This document shows positions 9,940 through 20,749 of a DNA stretch of 64,000 nucleotides, one piece after another; the stretch's first letter is position 1; each line of letters starts with the position of its first letter. This DNA is from Planctomycetota bacterium (lineage in GTDB: Bacteria > Planctomycetota > B15-G4 > JADJEK01): positions 83,345 to 147,344 of the forward strand of contig JBGAIQ010000012.1 of the NCBI GenBank assembly GCA_044225365.1, given 5' to 3'. The position numbers were made by a program, and so were the translations under genes. A model generated the notes under the pieces. It saw only the letters and a list, made by a program, of their open reading frames with translations, was not told the origin of the DNA and did not search any database.

Positions 9940-12900
9940 TCAGAACCCGATGTTCATCGTTTCGTCGTGGCCCGCCGCGATCGTCACGTTCTTCACGATC
10001 TCCGGATCGTCGCCGAGTTTCACGCGAACGCGATAGTCGCCCGCCGGCAGGTCGAACCACTCCTGCGTCGGCGCCGTGAGACTCTCGTTGACGGCGAAAG
10101 GGACACCCTTCGTGTCCTCGACGACGAGACGGCATCGTGAAGCGAAAGCGATCTGATCCGGAGTGGCGGGCTTCTTCATCCACGACACGGGAGGAAGCCG
10201 CGGATCGGTCAGTTCGAAGATCAGGCTACCGCCGAGGATCGCTTCGATATCGAAGATCGCGTCCTTCTGTCCGGACCCGATCACGAGGATTCGGTCGGCG
10301 GCGACGGTATAGGATTTCATTCCCTGGTAGCGAATGGAGAACCGGATGAAGGGACGCCAGCGACCCGGTGCGAGGCCTGCAACCTCGTAACGTCCGTCGA
10401 CGACTTTCGTCATCTCCGTCGATTCTCCCTTCTCCGAGCGGAATTGGATCATTGCGCCCGTGAAGTTCGCTCCCTGCGGTGCGACGACGCGGCCGCGCGC
10501 GACGACGCCCACCTCGAACGCGAGCACGATGGGTGGCGCATTGTGATCCTTGGGGATCTCGACGTGCTCGAGGTCGATGCCGCGATGACCCGGGGCGCGA
10601 GCGCGAACGCGGTAGACTCCCGGCTCGAGCCCTACGATGCGAAAGCGTCCGGGTGCATAGCGTTCGACCGGCCGCCACAAACCGTTTTGTATGAAGTCGA
10701 CGTTGAATTCGAAGAGCGGCGCGCCGGTACTTGCGTCGCTCGCGGTCCCCTCGATAACGCGATCCTTGCTGCGAGGGCCGGGAAGCGGAAGCACGAGTTC
10801 GATCGCGACGCTCGATGGAACGATCGAGGTCGCGGCCACGGTGACGAACTCGTTCGCACCCGAGCGCTCGTCGAATCCCTCGCCGCCGGCGACGATGCTC
10901 GATCCCGACGCGGGAAGCGCGCGCAACGTGAATCTTCCGAGACTGTCTGCGCGAGTCGAATCGAACTCGTACAGTGCGGGGAACTGCGACGCTCTGCGAA
11001 GCTCCATCAATGCGTCGAGGTCGACGAACGCCGCGCCGATCGGAGTCTCCGGGGCGAGGGCGCGCACCTTCGCATACGCTGCGGGCGACCCATCGATGAA
11101 TCGAACGACGCCGTGCAGCACTTCCGCACGCTCGAGGACGACTGTCCGTTCGGACTCTGCGGGTGCGTCGGGCGCCACGTCGAACGGGCCGATGTCTTGC
11201 GTCACGAATCCTTCGGCGAGGACGCGAATCGCGTCGACGTGAACGGGCTTGGCGTCGTCTTGTTCGACGCGCATCGCGAGAACGATCCTTCCATCGCGGT
11301 CGGCGGCTCTCGCATAGGCCTTCTCCGCCACTGACGCAGCCCGGGCGTGCTCGATGGGTTTGCCCTCTCGATCGACGACTCGCAGTAGGATCGCGGAATC
11401 CGCGTCGAGCACCAGATCGGGGGCCGTCACGGACTTTCCCGGGACGACGACGACATCGACCGTGGCTTCACGATAGGAATAAGGCCGCTGCGTGAACAAC
11501 TTGATCGCGGGACTCTCCTTGTCGCCGTCCGCTCGTTTTGCGGGGACCGAATGGAGTCGATAGGAACCGTCTTCGCCGGTGTGCGCGACTTCGACATACC
11601 CGGGCGGCGATTCCGCCCAGTGCCAATCATAGGGAGCTGCGAAATTATAATTGGCCGCGACGAGAGCCCCGACGACCGGCTTGCCCATCGAATCGACGAC
11701 CCGACCCTCGACCGATGCGACGCCCGATAGTTCGAGCTTCACCTTCTTCGTCTCACCTCGCGCCGGCAGGACGATCATGGAGGCGTCACGCCCGTAGTTC
11801 GGACCGAGCGTCGCGATCACGTACCCGGAGATCGCGCCCGCCGTGGTGAACGTGTTCGCCGGGACTTCGTGGAATCCGAGTGAGGGGATTCCGGTGATCG
11901 TGAACTCGCCCTTCTCGTCGCTCTTCGTCGCTCCGAAGCGCTCGCCGCGCCATGGCGCGACTCGGGGCCGTTCGAAGGGTCTCTCCACGAGATCGGCTCC
12001 GAGCGACGATTCGAACCAGACGTCCGCGCCGGCGATCGGCTTGCCCGTTCCGGCGTCGACGACGACGCCGATCACCGAAGCGCCGTGATGGACCACGAGC
12101 GTGAGGTCGACGTTCGCGCCGCTGTCGTCCTGCTTCATTTCGTAGAGCAGCGGTGCGTATCCAGTCGCCTCGACCTGGAGCATGCCGAGTTCGCCGCGAC
12201 GATTCTCGCCGGCCTCGAGTTGCGCGGGGAAACCGAGGAGAGCGAACCTACCGGCTGCGTCGCTGGTCGCTTCGAGATCGATCGTCGACCGGCCGAGGAC
12301 GCCGAACCAATGGATCGACGCGCTCGCGACCGGCTTGCCGAGTTCGTCGACGACGAGGCCCTCCACCTGTCGCGGACGATCGAGGCGAAGCGTGAGGACG
12401 TCGCCCGGCTTTACCGGACTCTCGTCGAGCAACGCGTAGCCGGTCTTCTTGGCGAGGATCGCGTAGTCGCTCGCTTCGAGGCTGCCCGTGAACGCGAACG
12501 AGCCGTCCGTTCCCGATCGCGCGATACCGGCCTCGCGCGCATGCGCGAGCCCGCCCCGCGAGCCGAACGAGTCGTCGTCGCTCACGAGTTTCAGCTCTAC
12601 GTCGGCGACGGGGTTGTCGCGCGGATCGACGACTCGCCCCCGGATCGTTCGGGAGGGGACGGTCGCTGCGGCGCGATCCGCGTTCTCGCTCGCGCCCTGT
12701 TCCGCTTTGCGGTCGAGCGGAGACTCGCTCTTCGTTCCCCTCGCCGCGGCGCCGCTCGAAGAGTCGACGTCGACCGGGACGACGGACGGATTCGAATGGG
12801 AGGACACGAGGGCAGGTGGATCACCGGATCCCTGCATGAAGAAGATGACGGCGGCGACGAGCGCGATGGCGATCGCGGAAACAGTGAGTTTCACGGCGGC

Positions 12901-13482
12901 GACTCCCGAATACAGCGCAGCGGACGCCGACACCCCGTCGATTGGTACGAGCGGGAGGAGCGCTACCGCGAACGACCGACCGTCTCCTCCGTATTCGCGA
13001 TCCATCTCCGCGCGCAGTCGGTGAAGTCCGCGCTTGAGCCGCGTGCGCACCGTCTCGACGGGCACGCCGAGCGTCGCAGCGATGCGCCGCGGAGGCAGAT
13101 CCTCGTAGTACCGAAGCAAGATGACGTCGCGCGAGGTCTCATCGAGGCGCAGCAAGGCGTCGATGACTCGACGCCGCGCTTCTTCCCGAGCCACGATCTG
13201 CTCGGGTGAGGGTACGACATCGACGCGCGCGGCTTCGCGCTCTCGCCGCGCTCGCGCGCGGCTCGATCGTGAGAAGTCGATCGCGACTCGTTCGACGCAA
13301 CGCGCGAGGAACGCACGAAGGGCACCGCCCGCCGAACTCGCGGGCCGCTCCTCGGCCCGTAGCGTGTTGAGCCATGCCTGTTGCGCGACGTCGTCGCTGG
13401 ACGACGCGTCGTCGAAGAAAAGCACTCCGCGCGCCAGGGCGCGCACGAAGTCATCGTGCTCAAGGAGTTGTTCCGGTGTCAT
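9940..13482 (-). CDS. ECF sigma-70 factor fused via TM helix to long extracytoplasmic carboxypeptidase-regulatory-like repeats
   Basis: Region 2 DDVAQQAWL; region 4 VILLRYYEDL..RRIAATLGVPVETVRTRLKRG; TM AIAIALVAAVIFF; GRVVD..G.P repeats. Confidence 0.85.
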   Translation of the reverse strand: MTPEQLLEHDDFVRALARGVLFFDDASSSDDVAQQAWLNTLRAEERPASSAGGALRAFLARCVERVAIDFSRSSRARARREREAARVDVVPSPEQIVAREEARRRVIDALLRLDETSRDVILLRYYEDLPPRRIAATLGVPVETVRTRLKRGLHRLRAEMDREYGGDGRSFAVALLPLVPIDGVSASAALYSGVAAVKLTVSAIAIALVAAVIFFMQGSGDPPALVSSHSNPSVVPVDVDSSSGAAARGTKSESPLDRKAEQGASENADRAAATVPSRTIRGRVVDPRDNPVADVELKLVSDDDSFGSRGGLAHAREAGIARSGTDGSFAFTGSLEASDYAILAKKTGYALLDESPVKPGDVLTLRLDRPRQVEGLVVDELGKPVASASIHWFGVLGRSTIDLEATSDAAGRFALLGFPAQLEAGENRRGELGMLQVEATGYAPLLYEMKQDDSGANVDLTLVVHHGASVIGVVVDAGTGKPIAGADVWFESSLGADLVERPFERPRVAPWRGERFGATKSDEKGEFTITGIPSLGFHEVPANTFTTAGAISGYVIATLGPNYGRDASMIVLPARGETKKVKLELSGVASVEGRVVDSMGKPVVGALVAANYNFAAPYDWHWAESPPGYVEVAHTGEDGSYRLHSVPAKRADGDKESPAIKLFTQRPYSYREATVDVVVVPGKSVTAPDLVLDADSAILLRVVDREGKPIEHARAASVAEKAYARAADRDGRIVLAMRVEQDDAKPVHVDAIRVLAEGFVTQDIGPFDVAPDAPAESERTVVLERAEVLHGVVRFIDGSPAAYAKVRALAPETPIGAAFVDLDALMELRRASQFPALYEFDSTRADSLGRFTLRALPASGSSIVAGGEGFDERSGANEFVTVAATSIVPSSVAIELVLPLPGPRSKDRVIEGTASDASTGAPLFEFNVDFIQNGLWRPVERYAPGRFRIVGLEPGVYRVRARAPGHRGIDLEHVEIPKDHNAPPIVLAFEVGVVARGRVVAPQGANFTGAMIQFRSEKGESTEMTKVVDGRYEVAGLAPGRWRPFIRFSIRYQGMKSYTVAADRILVIGSGQKDAIFDIEAILGGSLIFELTDPRLPPVSWMKKPATPDQIAFASRCRLVVEDTKGVPFAVNESLTAPTQEWFDLPAGDYRVRVKLGDDPEIVKNVTIAAGHDETMNIGF

Positions 13483-13644
13483 TCTCGATCCGCGATCCTC
13501 CGACCCTCCGTACGCAGGCGAGCCGGCGGAAGGAAGACGGAGCGGCTCATTGAATCGGTTCATGCGAAATCGCCGTCGTCGAGCGCTCGATGACGTATTC
13601 TGAGGCACGATCGATCGCGATGGCCGTGCTGATACGAAGAGTCC

Positions 13645-16368
13645 GTGAACGATCCTTCGGATGGAGTACCCGAAAATCCGGAAATGGAAGCGAATCGAGC
13701 GAACGAAGGCCGAGGCGCGAGTCCAGCGCAGAACCACCCCGCCCCGCGAACCGGCGAGCGGACCTACGTCATCTACTTCGTTCTCGCGGTCTTCGGATTC
13801 CTGGCCGTCGTCCTCGGACTCGTCCTCAACCGCAAGCTGATCGAACTGCAGGTCGAGTCGGGCCGACAGGGTGAGATGTTCGCGACGGTGATCGACGATC
13901 TCAGCGAACTCGGCCGCCTTGCCGCGAACGCCAACGGCCCCGGCAACCACGTATTCGAGTCGCGCGAATTCGATATCGAGGAGAAGAACCTCGACGCTGC
14001 CGCGAACGTCCTCCTCGCCAAGATCGAAACGTGTCGGAAGCGCTTCGCGGAGGAAGGATCGGAACCGCTGGGCGACACGGTGTTCGATGGCATCTCACCG
14101 ATCGAGGAACTGGCGCGGTCGATGATCGACCGGGGTCACGAGATCTTCGCGGCGATGAGGGCGGGGAACTTCGAGTCCGCCGACAAGGCGATGTCGAAGA
14201 TGGACACTCTCCTCTACAAGGTCGTCGAGCGAGTCGCAGCCTTGCAGCACGAGGTGACCGAGAAGGCCAAGAGCGCGAACGAGTCGCGCGAGCGAGAGGC
14301 GCAGGACCTGCGCGGATTCGGCAACGGGCTGTCGACGCTCGTCATCCTGCTCGTCACCATCGTCACGATCTACGGCTTCTTCCTCACGAAGCGAACCGTA
14401 CTCGCGACGGCCGACCGAGAACGGTTGCACCGCAGTGTCGAGGCCGCCGAAGCCCGATTGCGGACGATCCTCGAGCAGGCGCAGGACGGGATCCTGCATG
14501 TCGCCGAGTCCGGTGTAGTCGAGACGCTCAATCGGGCCGTGGCCGAGATCTTCGAGATCGAGCCGCGCGAGGTGCTCGGACGAAGAGTCGAGTTCCTCGT
14601 GCCCGAGCTCGGAACTCGGGTGCGCGAGATCGAAGGTCAGCTCGTCGAACTCGTAGGCAAGCGGCCAAGCGGCACATTTCCCCTCGAAGTGGGCGTCAGC
14701 GCGATGACCCTCGGGGGCGAACGGCACTACATTGCGATCCTGCGCGACATCACTGAGCGCAAGCGATTCGAGGCCGAACTGATCGCCGCGCGACGCGATG
14801 CCGAAGCTGCCGCCAAGGCCAAGTCGGAATTCCTTGCGACGATGAGTCACGAGATCCGAACGCCGATCAACGGCGTCATCGGAATGACGAATCTCCTCCT
14901 CGAATCGGAATTGCGTCCCGAGCAGCGCGAATGCGCCGAAAGCGTTCGAGATTGCGCGGACCATCTGCTCGCGATCATCAACGACATCCTCGACTTCTCT
15001 CGCTACGAATCCGAGCGCATCGAGCTCGAGGAGATCGACATCGAGGTGGAGGGCGTGATCGAACAGGTCGTCGACCTGATGGGACCGGCCGCTCGCGCGA
15101 AGGGACTGGAACTCTTGTATCGAATCGAGAGTGGCGTGCCTCGGTACGTGAAGAGCGATCCGGCGCGGTTGCGTCAGATCCTCGTCAATTACGTGAGCAA
15201 CGCGATCAAGTTCACGACCCGTGGCGAAGTGGAGATCGGCGTCTCAGCGATCGACGAGCCGGGGGCTGCGTCGCGCCTGAGGTTCGCCGTGCGCGATACC
15301 GGAATCGGGATTCCCGCCGAGCGCGTCGATCGCCTGTTCCGAATGTTCTCGCAGGTCGACGCATCGACGACACGGCAGTTCGGCGGAACGGGGCTCGGGC
15401 TCGCGATCTGTCGGCAGATCGCCGAGCGAATGGGCGGGGAGGTCAGCGTGAAGAGTGAGCCGGGAGAGGGCTCTACGTTCTTCGCGACGGTGAAAGTGGA
15501 ATCGGCCGAGAAAGAACGAATCGCCAGCACGTCGATCGACCCGTCGTCGCTCATCGGAAAGAAGATCGTCGTGGTCCTCACGAGTGAGACGGCGCGGAGG
15601 ATCGTGAAGGATTGGATCGACGCGACGGGCGCCGCGTGTTTTCCATGCGCGGACTTGGACGCCGCGATCGCGTTCTGGCGCACCGGATCGTGCATCATCG
15701 ACCTCGTGGTGCTCGAAGAGCCTCGCGATCCCTCGGCCGCGACCCGCACGAAGTTCCAGGAAGTGCAGAATCGCGAACTCGCGCCCGGCACTCCGCGGAT
15801 CCTGATCTCGAGTGCCGGCGTGTTGCTCGATCAAGCTCGCGCCCTCGCCCTCGGTTATCGCGGTGTGCTATCGAAGCCACTCCGTCGATCGCAGCTGATG
15901 CAGCGGCTCCTTGCCGTGTTCGTCGGGACCGACCGAACGATCGACGAAGGCGGCGTCGCGAGCCCGGCGGCGAATGGGAACGACAGGAGCCACCGCATCC
16001 TGGTCGTCGAGGACAATCCCGTGAATCAGAAGATCACGCAGCGATTACTCGAGAAACGTGGCTACGCGGTGACGATCGCGGAGAACGGACGAGCCGCGAT
16101 CGAGGCGCTCTCGACCGCGCTGGACGGTGATTTCGATCTCGTGCTCATGGATTGTCAGATGCCGGAGATGGATGGCTTCTCGGCGACTCGGGCGATCCGC
16201 GCGCTTCCTGGGACGCGATCACGCACGCCGATCATCGCGATGACGGCGAATGCTCTCGCTGACGATCGTGATCGCTGCGTCGAGGCGGGGATGGACGACT
16301 ACATCTGCAAGCCGGTTCGAGTGGGCGAACTCGACGCCATGATCCAGAAAGTACTCGCGCGGTCGTAG
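13645..16368 (+). CDS. Hybrid sensor histidine kinase/response regulator (2 TM, PAS, HisKA, HATPase, degenerate REC + REC)
   Basis: FLATMSHEIRTPINGVIG, NAIKFT, DTGIGI, GGTGLGLAIC and LVLMDCQMPEMDG. The start could be 13684. Confidence 0.93.
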   Translation: MNDPSDGVPENPEMEANRANEGRGASPAQNHPAPRTGERTYVIYFVLAVFGFLAVVLGLVLNRKLIELQVESGRQGEMFATVIDDLSELGRLAANANGPGNHVFESREFDIEEKNLDAAANVLLAKIETCRKRFAEEGSEPLGDTVFDGISPIEELARSMIDRGHEIFAAMRAGNFESADKAMSKMDTLLYKVVERVAALQHEVTEKAKSANESREREAQDLRGFGNGLSTLVILLVTIVTIYGFFLTKRTVLATADRERLHRSVEAAEARLRTILEQAQDGILHVAESGVVETLNRAVAEIFEIEPREVLGRRVEFLVPELGTRVREIEGQLVELVGKRPSGTFPLEVGVSAMTLGGERHYIAILRDITERKRFEAELIAARRDAEAAAKAKSEFLATMSHEIRTPINGVIGMTNLLLESELRPEQRECAESVRDCADHLLAIINDILDFSRYESERIELEEIDIEVEGVIEQVVDLMGPAARAKGLELLYRIESGVPRYVKSDPARLRQILVNYVSNAIKFTTRGEVEIGVSAIDEPGAASRLRFAVRDTGIGIPAERVDRLFRMFSQVDASTTRQFGGTGLGLAICRQIAERMGGEVSVKSEPGEGSTFFATVKVESAEKERIASTSIDPSSLIGKKIVVVLTSETARRIVKDWIDATGAACFPCADLDAAIAFWRTGSCIIDLVVLEEPRDPSAATRTKFQEVQNRELAPGTPRILISSAGVLLDQARALALGYRGVLSKPLRRSQLMQRLLAVFVGTDRTIDEGGVASPAANGNDRSHRILVVEDNPVNQKITQRLLEKRGYAVTIAENGRAAIEALSTALDGDFDLVLMDCQMPEMDGFSATRAIRALPGTRSRTPIIAMTANALADDRDRCVEAGMDDYICKPVRVGELDAMIQKVLARS

Positions 16369-16520
16369 CCGTCGGGCGCCGTCCAGGGCCGCCATGGTTC
16401 CGATGAATTCGGGATCTCGCGAGACGTGCGAACTTCCTTCCGGATTCTTCATGTAATGCGCCACGTACTACGGCGGCGCGACCTCCATCGAAGAACGAAA
16501 GAAGTACGGAGCCCCGAATC

Positions 16521-18137
16521 ATGCGCTGCGACACCCCGATCGTCACTCTCATCGGCCTTGGCCTCTTCGGCGGCATCGCCGATTCCTCGTTCGCGCAGAC
16601 CTGTGCGACCGCCGCGTATCCGAATCCCCTCGCCACGACCGCGCTCGACGCGAACGCGCGCTATGGCGCTTCCGTCGCGATCTCCCAGAATCGCGCGATC
16701 GTCGGCGCGCCCGACGAGGACGGCGGCAAGGGCGCCGCGTTCATCCATGAGTTCGATGGCGTGCAATGGAGCGCGGGAATTCGGATCCAACCGGGGGATG
16801 GCGTCGCGCTCGATCGCTTCGGAACCTCGGTCGCGATCGACGGGGACTGGGCGCTGATCGGCTCACCCGATGACGACGACAACGGCGTCGACGCGGGAAC
16901 GGTCTACGTCTACCACCGCACGTTCCTGCTCAGCACGTTCGTCTGGTTGCAGACGGCGAAGCTGCAAGCGAACGACACCGTCGCCGGCGATCGCTTCGGC
17001 GCGGCTGTGGCCGCGAAGAACGGTCGGGCCGTGATCGGTGCGCCGAACGACAACATCGTCTTCTTCCATCAAGGCAGCGCCTACGCGTTCGAACTCTCTG
17101 CGGGCACGTGGGGCCAGTTGTCGAAACTCACGGCCGGCGGTTCACAGGTGAACGAGAACTTCGGCTCGGTCGTCGCGATCGACGGCGATCACATCGCCGT
17201 CGGCGGACCCGGCTACGACAACGTCTCGCCGAGCAAGATCGATTCGGGTCGCGTCGGCATGTTCCTGCGCCTCACGAGCCCCTCGCTCGGGTGGTTCCTC
17301 GACACGGTCGTCGCGCCGAGTGACCCGGTTACGTCCGGCCGCTACGGCAGCGCCGTCGCGCTCGATGGGATCCGACTCTTCGTCGGCGCTCCGGGAGCGT
17401 CGAATCTCGCGGCGGTCGCGACCGGCGCGAGCTACGTCTACGAGACGGTCGGCGTCGGCGCATGGCTCCAGAAGGACAAGCTGCTTCCGTCCGGTGCGAT
17501 GGGAGATCTCGTCGGCAGTGGCGTCGCGGTGAACCAGAACCGCGCCTACGTCGCCGCGAAGGATTCGGTGTTCGCCTACGAGTACAGCGCGGGCGCGTGG
17601 TCGCAGAAGGGACCGCTCAGCGTTCCGTTCGCGGACTTCCTCAGCGGAGCGGCGGCGAAGCTCTCGTCCGTCCTCGCCATGAACTCGACGCATCTGATCG
17701 TCGGGCGTCCATCGACGGGTGCGGGAGATCTCGGTTCGGCGTTTCCGTTCGCGGTTTGCGGCGGCACGTGGAGCGTTCTCGGCACCGGAACGCTCGGAAC
17801 GGGTGGTATCCCGAAGTTGCGCGGCGCGGGTCCGCTCGACGACGGCCTCCCGCTCGAACTGCGGATGAAGTTCGGGAAGCCGAATGCCGCTTCGGTCCTC
17901 GTCGTCCACGTCGGCGCGCCGGGCGCGCTCCCTTTCCATGGCGGCACGCTCTTCTCGTATCCCGCGGATCTCACCATCTCGCTGCCGCTCTCGGCGACGG
18001 GCGAACTCGTTCTCCCGGCGAATCTGCCCGCGGGTCTCGTGAACGTTCAAATCGTGATGCAGATGCTCATCAGCGATCCGCTTGCGAACGGCGGCGTCGC
18101 GTTGAGCAACGGGATCTCGGCCGTCACGGCGCCCTGA
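16521..18137 (+). CDS. Secreted FG-GAP repeat beta-propeller protein with C-terminal beta domain
   Basis: Repeated FG.SVAIDGD..IG.P...G.AY units; signal peptide. Confidence 0.85.
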   Translation: MRCDTPIVTLIGLGLFGGIADSSFAQTCATAAYPNPLATTALDANARYGASVAISQNRAIVGAPDEDGGKGAAFIHEFDGVQWSAGIRIQPGDGVALDRFGTSVAIDGDWALIGSPDDDDNGVDAGTVYVYHRTFLLSTFVWLQTAKLQANDTVAGDRFGAAVAAKNGRAVIGAPNDNIVFFHQGSAYAFELSAGTWGQLSKLTAGGSQVNENFGSVVAIDGDHIAVGGPGYDNVSPSKIDSGRVGMFLRLTSPSLGWFLDTVVAPSDPVTSGRYGSAVALDGIRLFVGAPGASNLAAVATGASYVYETVGVGAWLQKDKLLPSGAMGDLVGSGVAVNQNRAYVAAKDSVFAYEYSAGAWSQKGPLSVPFADFLSGAAAKLSSVLAMNSTHLIVGRPSTGAGDLGSAFPFAVCGGTWSVLGTGTLGTGGIPKLRGAGPLDDGLPLELRMKFGKPNAASVLVVHVGAPGALPFHGGTLFSYPADLTISLPLSATGELVLPANLPAGLVNVQIVMQMLISDPLANGGVALSNGISAVTAP

Positions 18138-18201
18138 GCGCGCTCGCGGTTGCCGCGATTCCGGGTGCGAAACGAGACGGTCGCGACTATCCTTCGCGCC
18201 G

Positions 18202-19464
18202 ATGTCGTCCGCAGCAGGTCTCGAGAATTCCAAGACCGATGAAGACCCGTTCCGTCCCCTGACGCAACGGGTCTTCGCGCTGCGCAACGTCGTCGCTCGC
18301 AAGGCCACGGGCCAGTACTTCACGCCGAGAGCGCTGCGGTCGAAACTGCTGGACAAGCTGTCGATCGCGCCCGGCATGAAAGTGCTCGACCCCGGCGCTG
18401 GAACCGGAGAGTTCCTGCTCGATGTCCTGGAGCGATGCCCCGGCGCGATCGTCGAGGGTTACGAATTCGACGAGGAGATCGTCGCACTCACGAACGAAGC
18501 GCATCCCGAAGCGAACGTGCGAGGTGTCGATCTGCTCGGTATTCGCCCGGAACCGAAATACGACCTCGTGATCGGCAATCCGCCGTACTACGAGTTCAAG
18601 CTCGATGCAGATTCGAGGGAGCGGTTCTCCGACGTCATCTCGGGGCGCCCGAACGTCTTCGCGGTCTTCTTCCACGTCGGTCTCGAGCTCTTGAAGGATG
18701 GCGGTCGCCTCGCTTTCGTCGCTCCGCCTTCGATGAACAACGGCGCCTATTTCGAGAAGCTGCGCCGGCACATCCTCGGGCGCGCGAGCGTCGAGTCGCT
18801 CGAGATCATCGATGATCCGTTCCTCTTCGAAGGCGCGCAGCAGCAGGTCATGTTGATCGTTCTGAAGAAGGGCGGCACCGATCGCGCTCACGTCTTCGAC
18901 GCGAAGCTCGGCGCGAGCGTGTCGAGCTGCCCGTTGTTCTGCGAGGAGCCCGCACAGTTGCGCGAACTGCTCGACGGATACTCGACGCTCGGCGACCTCG
19001 GATTCAGCATCCGCACGGGACGCTGTGTCTGGAACCAGCACAAGGCCGCGCTTCGGAGACAACCCGAGGAGGGTGCCTCGTACCTGCTGTGGGCCCACAA
19101 CATCGGCGACGGTGTCGTCACCTGGAAGCCGGATCATGCGAAGCGTCCGCAGTGGGTCGTGTTCGACGAACCCGATCGCGGACCCGCGATCGTGGTGAAC
19201 CGTATCATCGGCAAGGTCGGCGCCGGGCGCTTGCGAGCCGCGCTCGTTCCGTCGGACGTATCCTTCGTCGGCGAGAATCACGTCAACGTGATCCGGCACT
19301 TCCCACGCATCGATGGGCCCGTGGTCTCGAGCGAGAATCTCTATCGCGAAGTGCTCGACGGATTGCGCAGCGAGCGCGCTGCCACGACGATGCGTCTCGT
19401 GACCGGCAACACTCAGCTCTCCGCCACCGAGCTGACCTGGTTGATCCCGGTCCTGAAGAAATGA
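18202..19464 (+). CDS. N6-adenine DNA methyltransferase (gamma class, TaqI/Eco57I-like), orphan
   Basis: GQYFTP, VLDPGAGTGEF (motif I) and IGNPPY (motif IV), in gamma-class order. Confidence 0.85.
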   Translation: MSSAAGLENSKTDEDPFRPLTQRVFALRNVVARKATGQYFTPRALRSKLLDKLSIAPGMKVLDPGAGTGEFLLDVLERCPGAIVEGYEFDEEIVALTNEAHPEANVRGVDLLGIRPEPKYDLVIGNPPYYEFKLDADSRERFSDVISGRPNVFAVFFHVGLELLKDGGRLAFVAPPSMNNGAYFEKLRRHILGRASVESLEIIDDPFLFEGAQQQVMLIVLKKGGTDRAHVFDAKLGASVSSCPLFCEEPAQLRELLDGYSTLGDLGFSIRTGRCVWNQHKAALRRQPEEGASYLLWAHNIGDGVVTWKPDHAKRPQWVVFDEPDRGPAIVVNRIIGKVGAGRLRAALVPSDVSFVGENHVNVIRHFPRIDGPVVSSENLYREVLDGLRSERAATTMRLVTGNTQLSATELTWLIPVLKK

Positions 19465-19488
19465 CGACGGCGCGCCAGCCGTCGACCG

Positions 19489-20670
19489 CTACGCGCGAGC
19501 TCGATCGATCCAGCGCTTGCTGACGACGGCGACGATCGTGCCGGCGAACGCGAATCCCGCCATGTTGGTGAATGCCATCACTCCCTCCGCCTTGAAGACG
19601 CGGCCCGACCACATCATCGACAGCGCGCCGATGAGTCCCGAGAGGGCGTACAAGATCCCTTGCGCCGTCGTGCCGCGACCGCGCGGCACGATCGAGCGGA
19701 GGATCGACAGCCCCGCGAGGTGCGTGGCCCCGAACGTGAGCGCGTGGGTGAGCTGCAATGCGAAGAACGCCGCCTTCGATTGGCAGTGCGAGAACAGTGT
19801 CCAGCGAACGATCCCGGTGAGACCGCCGATGACGAGCCAGCGATACACGCCGCCGGACGTGAGCCGGGCTCCGATCGCGAAGAAGAGGATCTCGGCGAGG
19901 ACGCCGAGTGCCCACAGGTTGCCGACCGTGTCCTCGGCATAACCGAGCGATTTCCAATACAGTGAGGAGCAAACGTAGAACGCGCCATGGCTCGCCTGGA
20001 TGAGGCCGTAGGCGAGAACGAGGCAGAGCAGTGCGGCGATCGGCAGTGGAGGTTTGACCGTGGTCCGACGTTCCTCCGAGGTCTCGTGGCCGAACGAATC
20101 GCCGGCAGGCATGAGGAAGAGGACGAACGTGCTCACGAGCATGCCGGCGAGAACGCAGTCGTGGATCAGTTCGGACGATCGTCCGCGCAGGAAGAAGCCG
20201 CCGACCTCGTTGGCGAGCAGGTAGCCGAACGATCCGAACAACCGCACCCGGCCGTAGACGATCCCCGCCTTCGCTCCCGCGGCGAGGATGAGGTGATCGA
20301 GGATCATGAAGATCGCCGAGAACCCGCCATAGAAGACGATGAGGAGCAGGAGCAGCGGATAGAAACTCGTGACGGTCGTCGACGCGTAGAGCGCGAGCGA
20401 CGAGACGGCCATCACCGCGATCGTGATCCGCCGATGGTGGCCCGTGTGGTCCGCGAGCGTCGCGATCGTTGGGAACAGCACGATGCGTACGAGACTCGGC
20501 CACGCGATCAGAAGACCGATTTGCTTCTCGTCGAACCCACGTCCCTTGAGCCACAGCGACCAGAACGGAAGGTACAGCCCGAGCACGACGAAGATCGCGA
20601 ACTGTGCCGTGGCGAGTCGGAAGTAGAGGACTTTGGATGACGGGGAAGAACTCAAGGTGCGTCGGATCAT
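19489..20670 (-). CDS. MFS transporter, HcaT-like
   Basis: GLYLPFWSLWL, YGRVRLFGSFGY, QASHGAFY, LWALGVLAEI and HALTFGATH motifs; about 12 TM. Start uncertain. Confidence 0.85.
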   Translation of the reverse strand: MIRRTLSSSPSSKVLYFRLATAQFAIFVVLGLYLPFWSLWLKGRGFDEKQIGLLIAWPSLVRIVLFPTIATLADHTGHHRRITIAVMAVSSLALYASTTVTSFYPLLLLLIVFYGGFSAIFMILDHLILAAGAKAGIVYGRVRLFGSFGYLLANEVGGFFLRGRSSELIHDCVLAGMLVSTFVLFLMPAGDSFGHETSEERRTTVKPPLPIAALLCLVLAYGLIQASHGAFYVCSSLYWKSLGYAEDTVGNLWALGVLAEILFFAIGARLTSGGVYRWLVIGGLTGIVRWTLFSHCQSKAAFFALQLTHALTFGATHLAGLSILRSIVPRGRGTTAQGILYALSGLIGALSMMWSGRVFKAEGVMAFTNMAGFAFAGTIVAVVSKRWIDRARA

Positions 20671-20749
20671 ACGGAGCAAATCGCCGTTTGAATGACGATC
20701 CGCGTCGACGTACTCTGCGCGCGAATCACCGTCGAATGGATTCGCAGCG

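Noticed and set aside
18138-20670. Complete restriction-modification system
   Set aside because: The neighbours are an FG-GAP protein and an MFS transporter; no endonuclease-like ORF is present.
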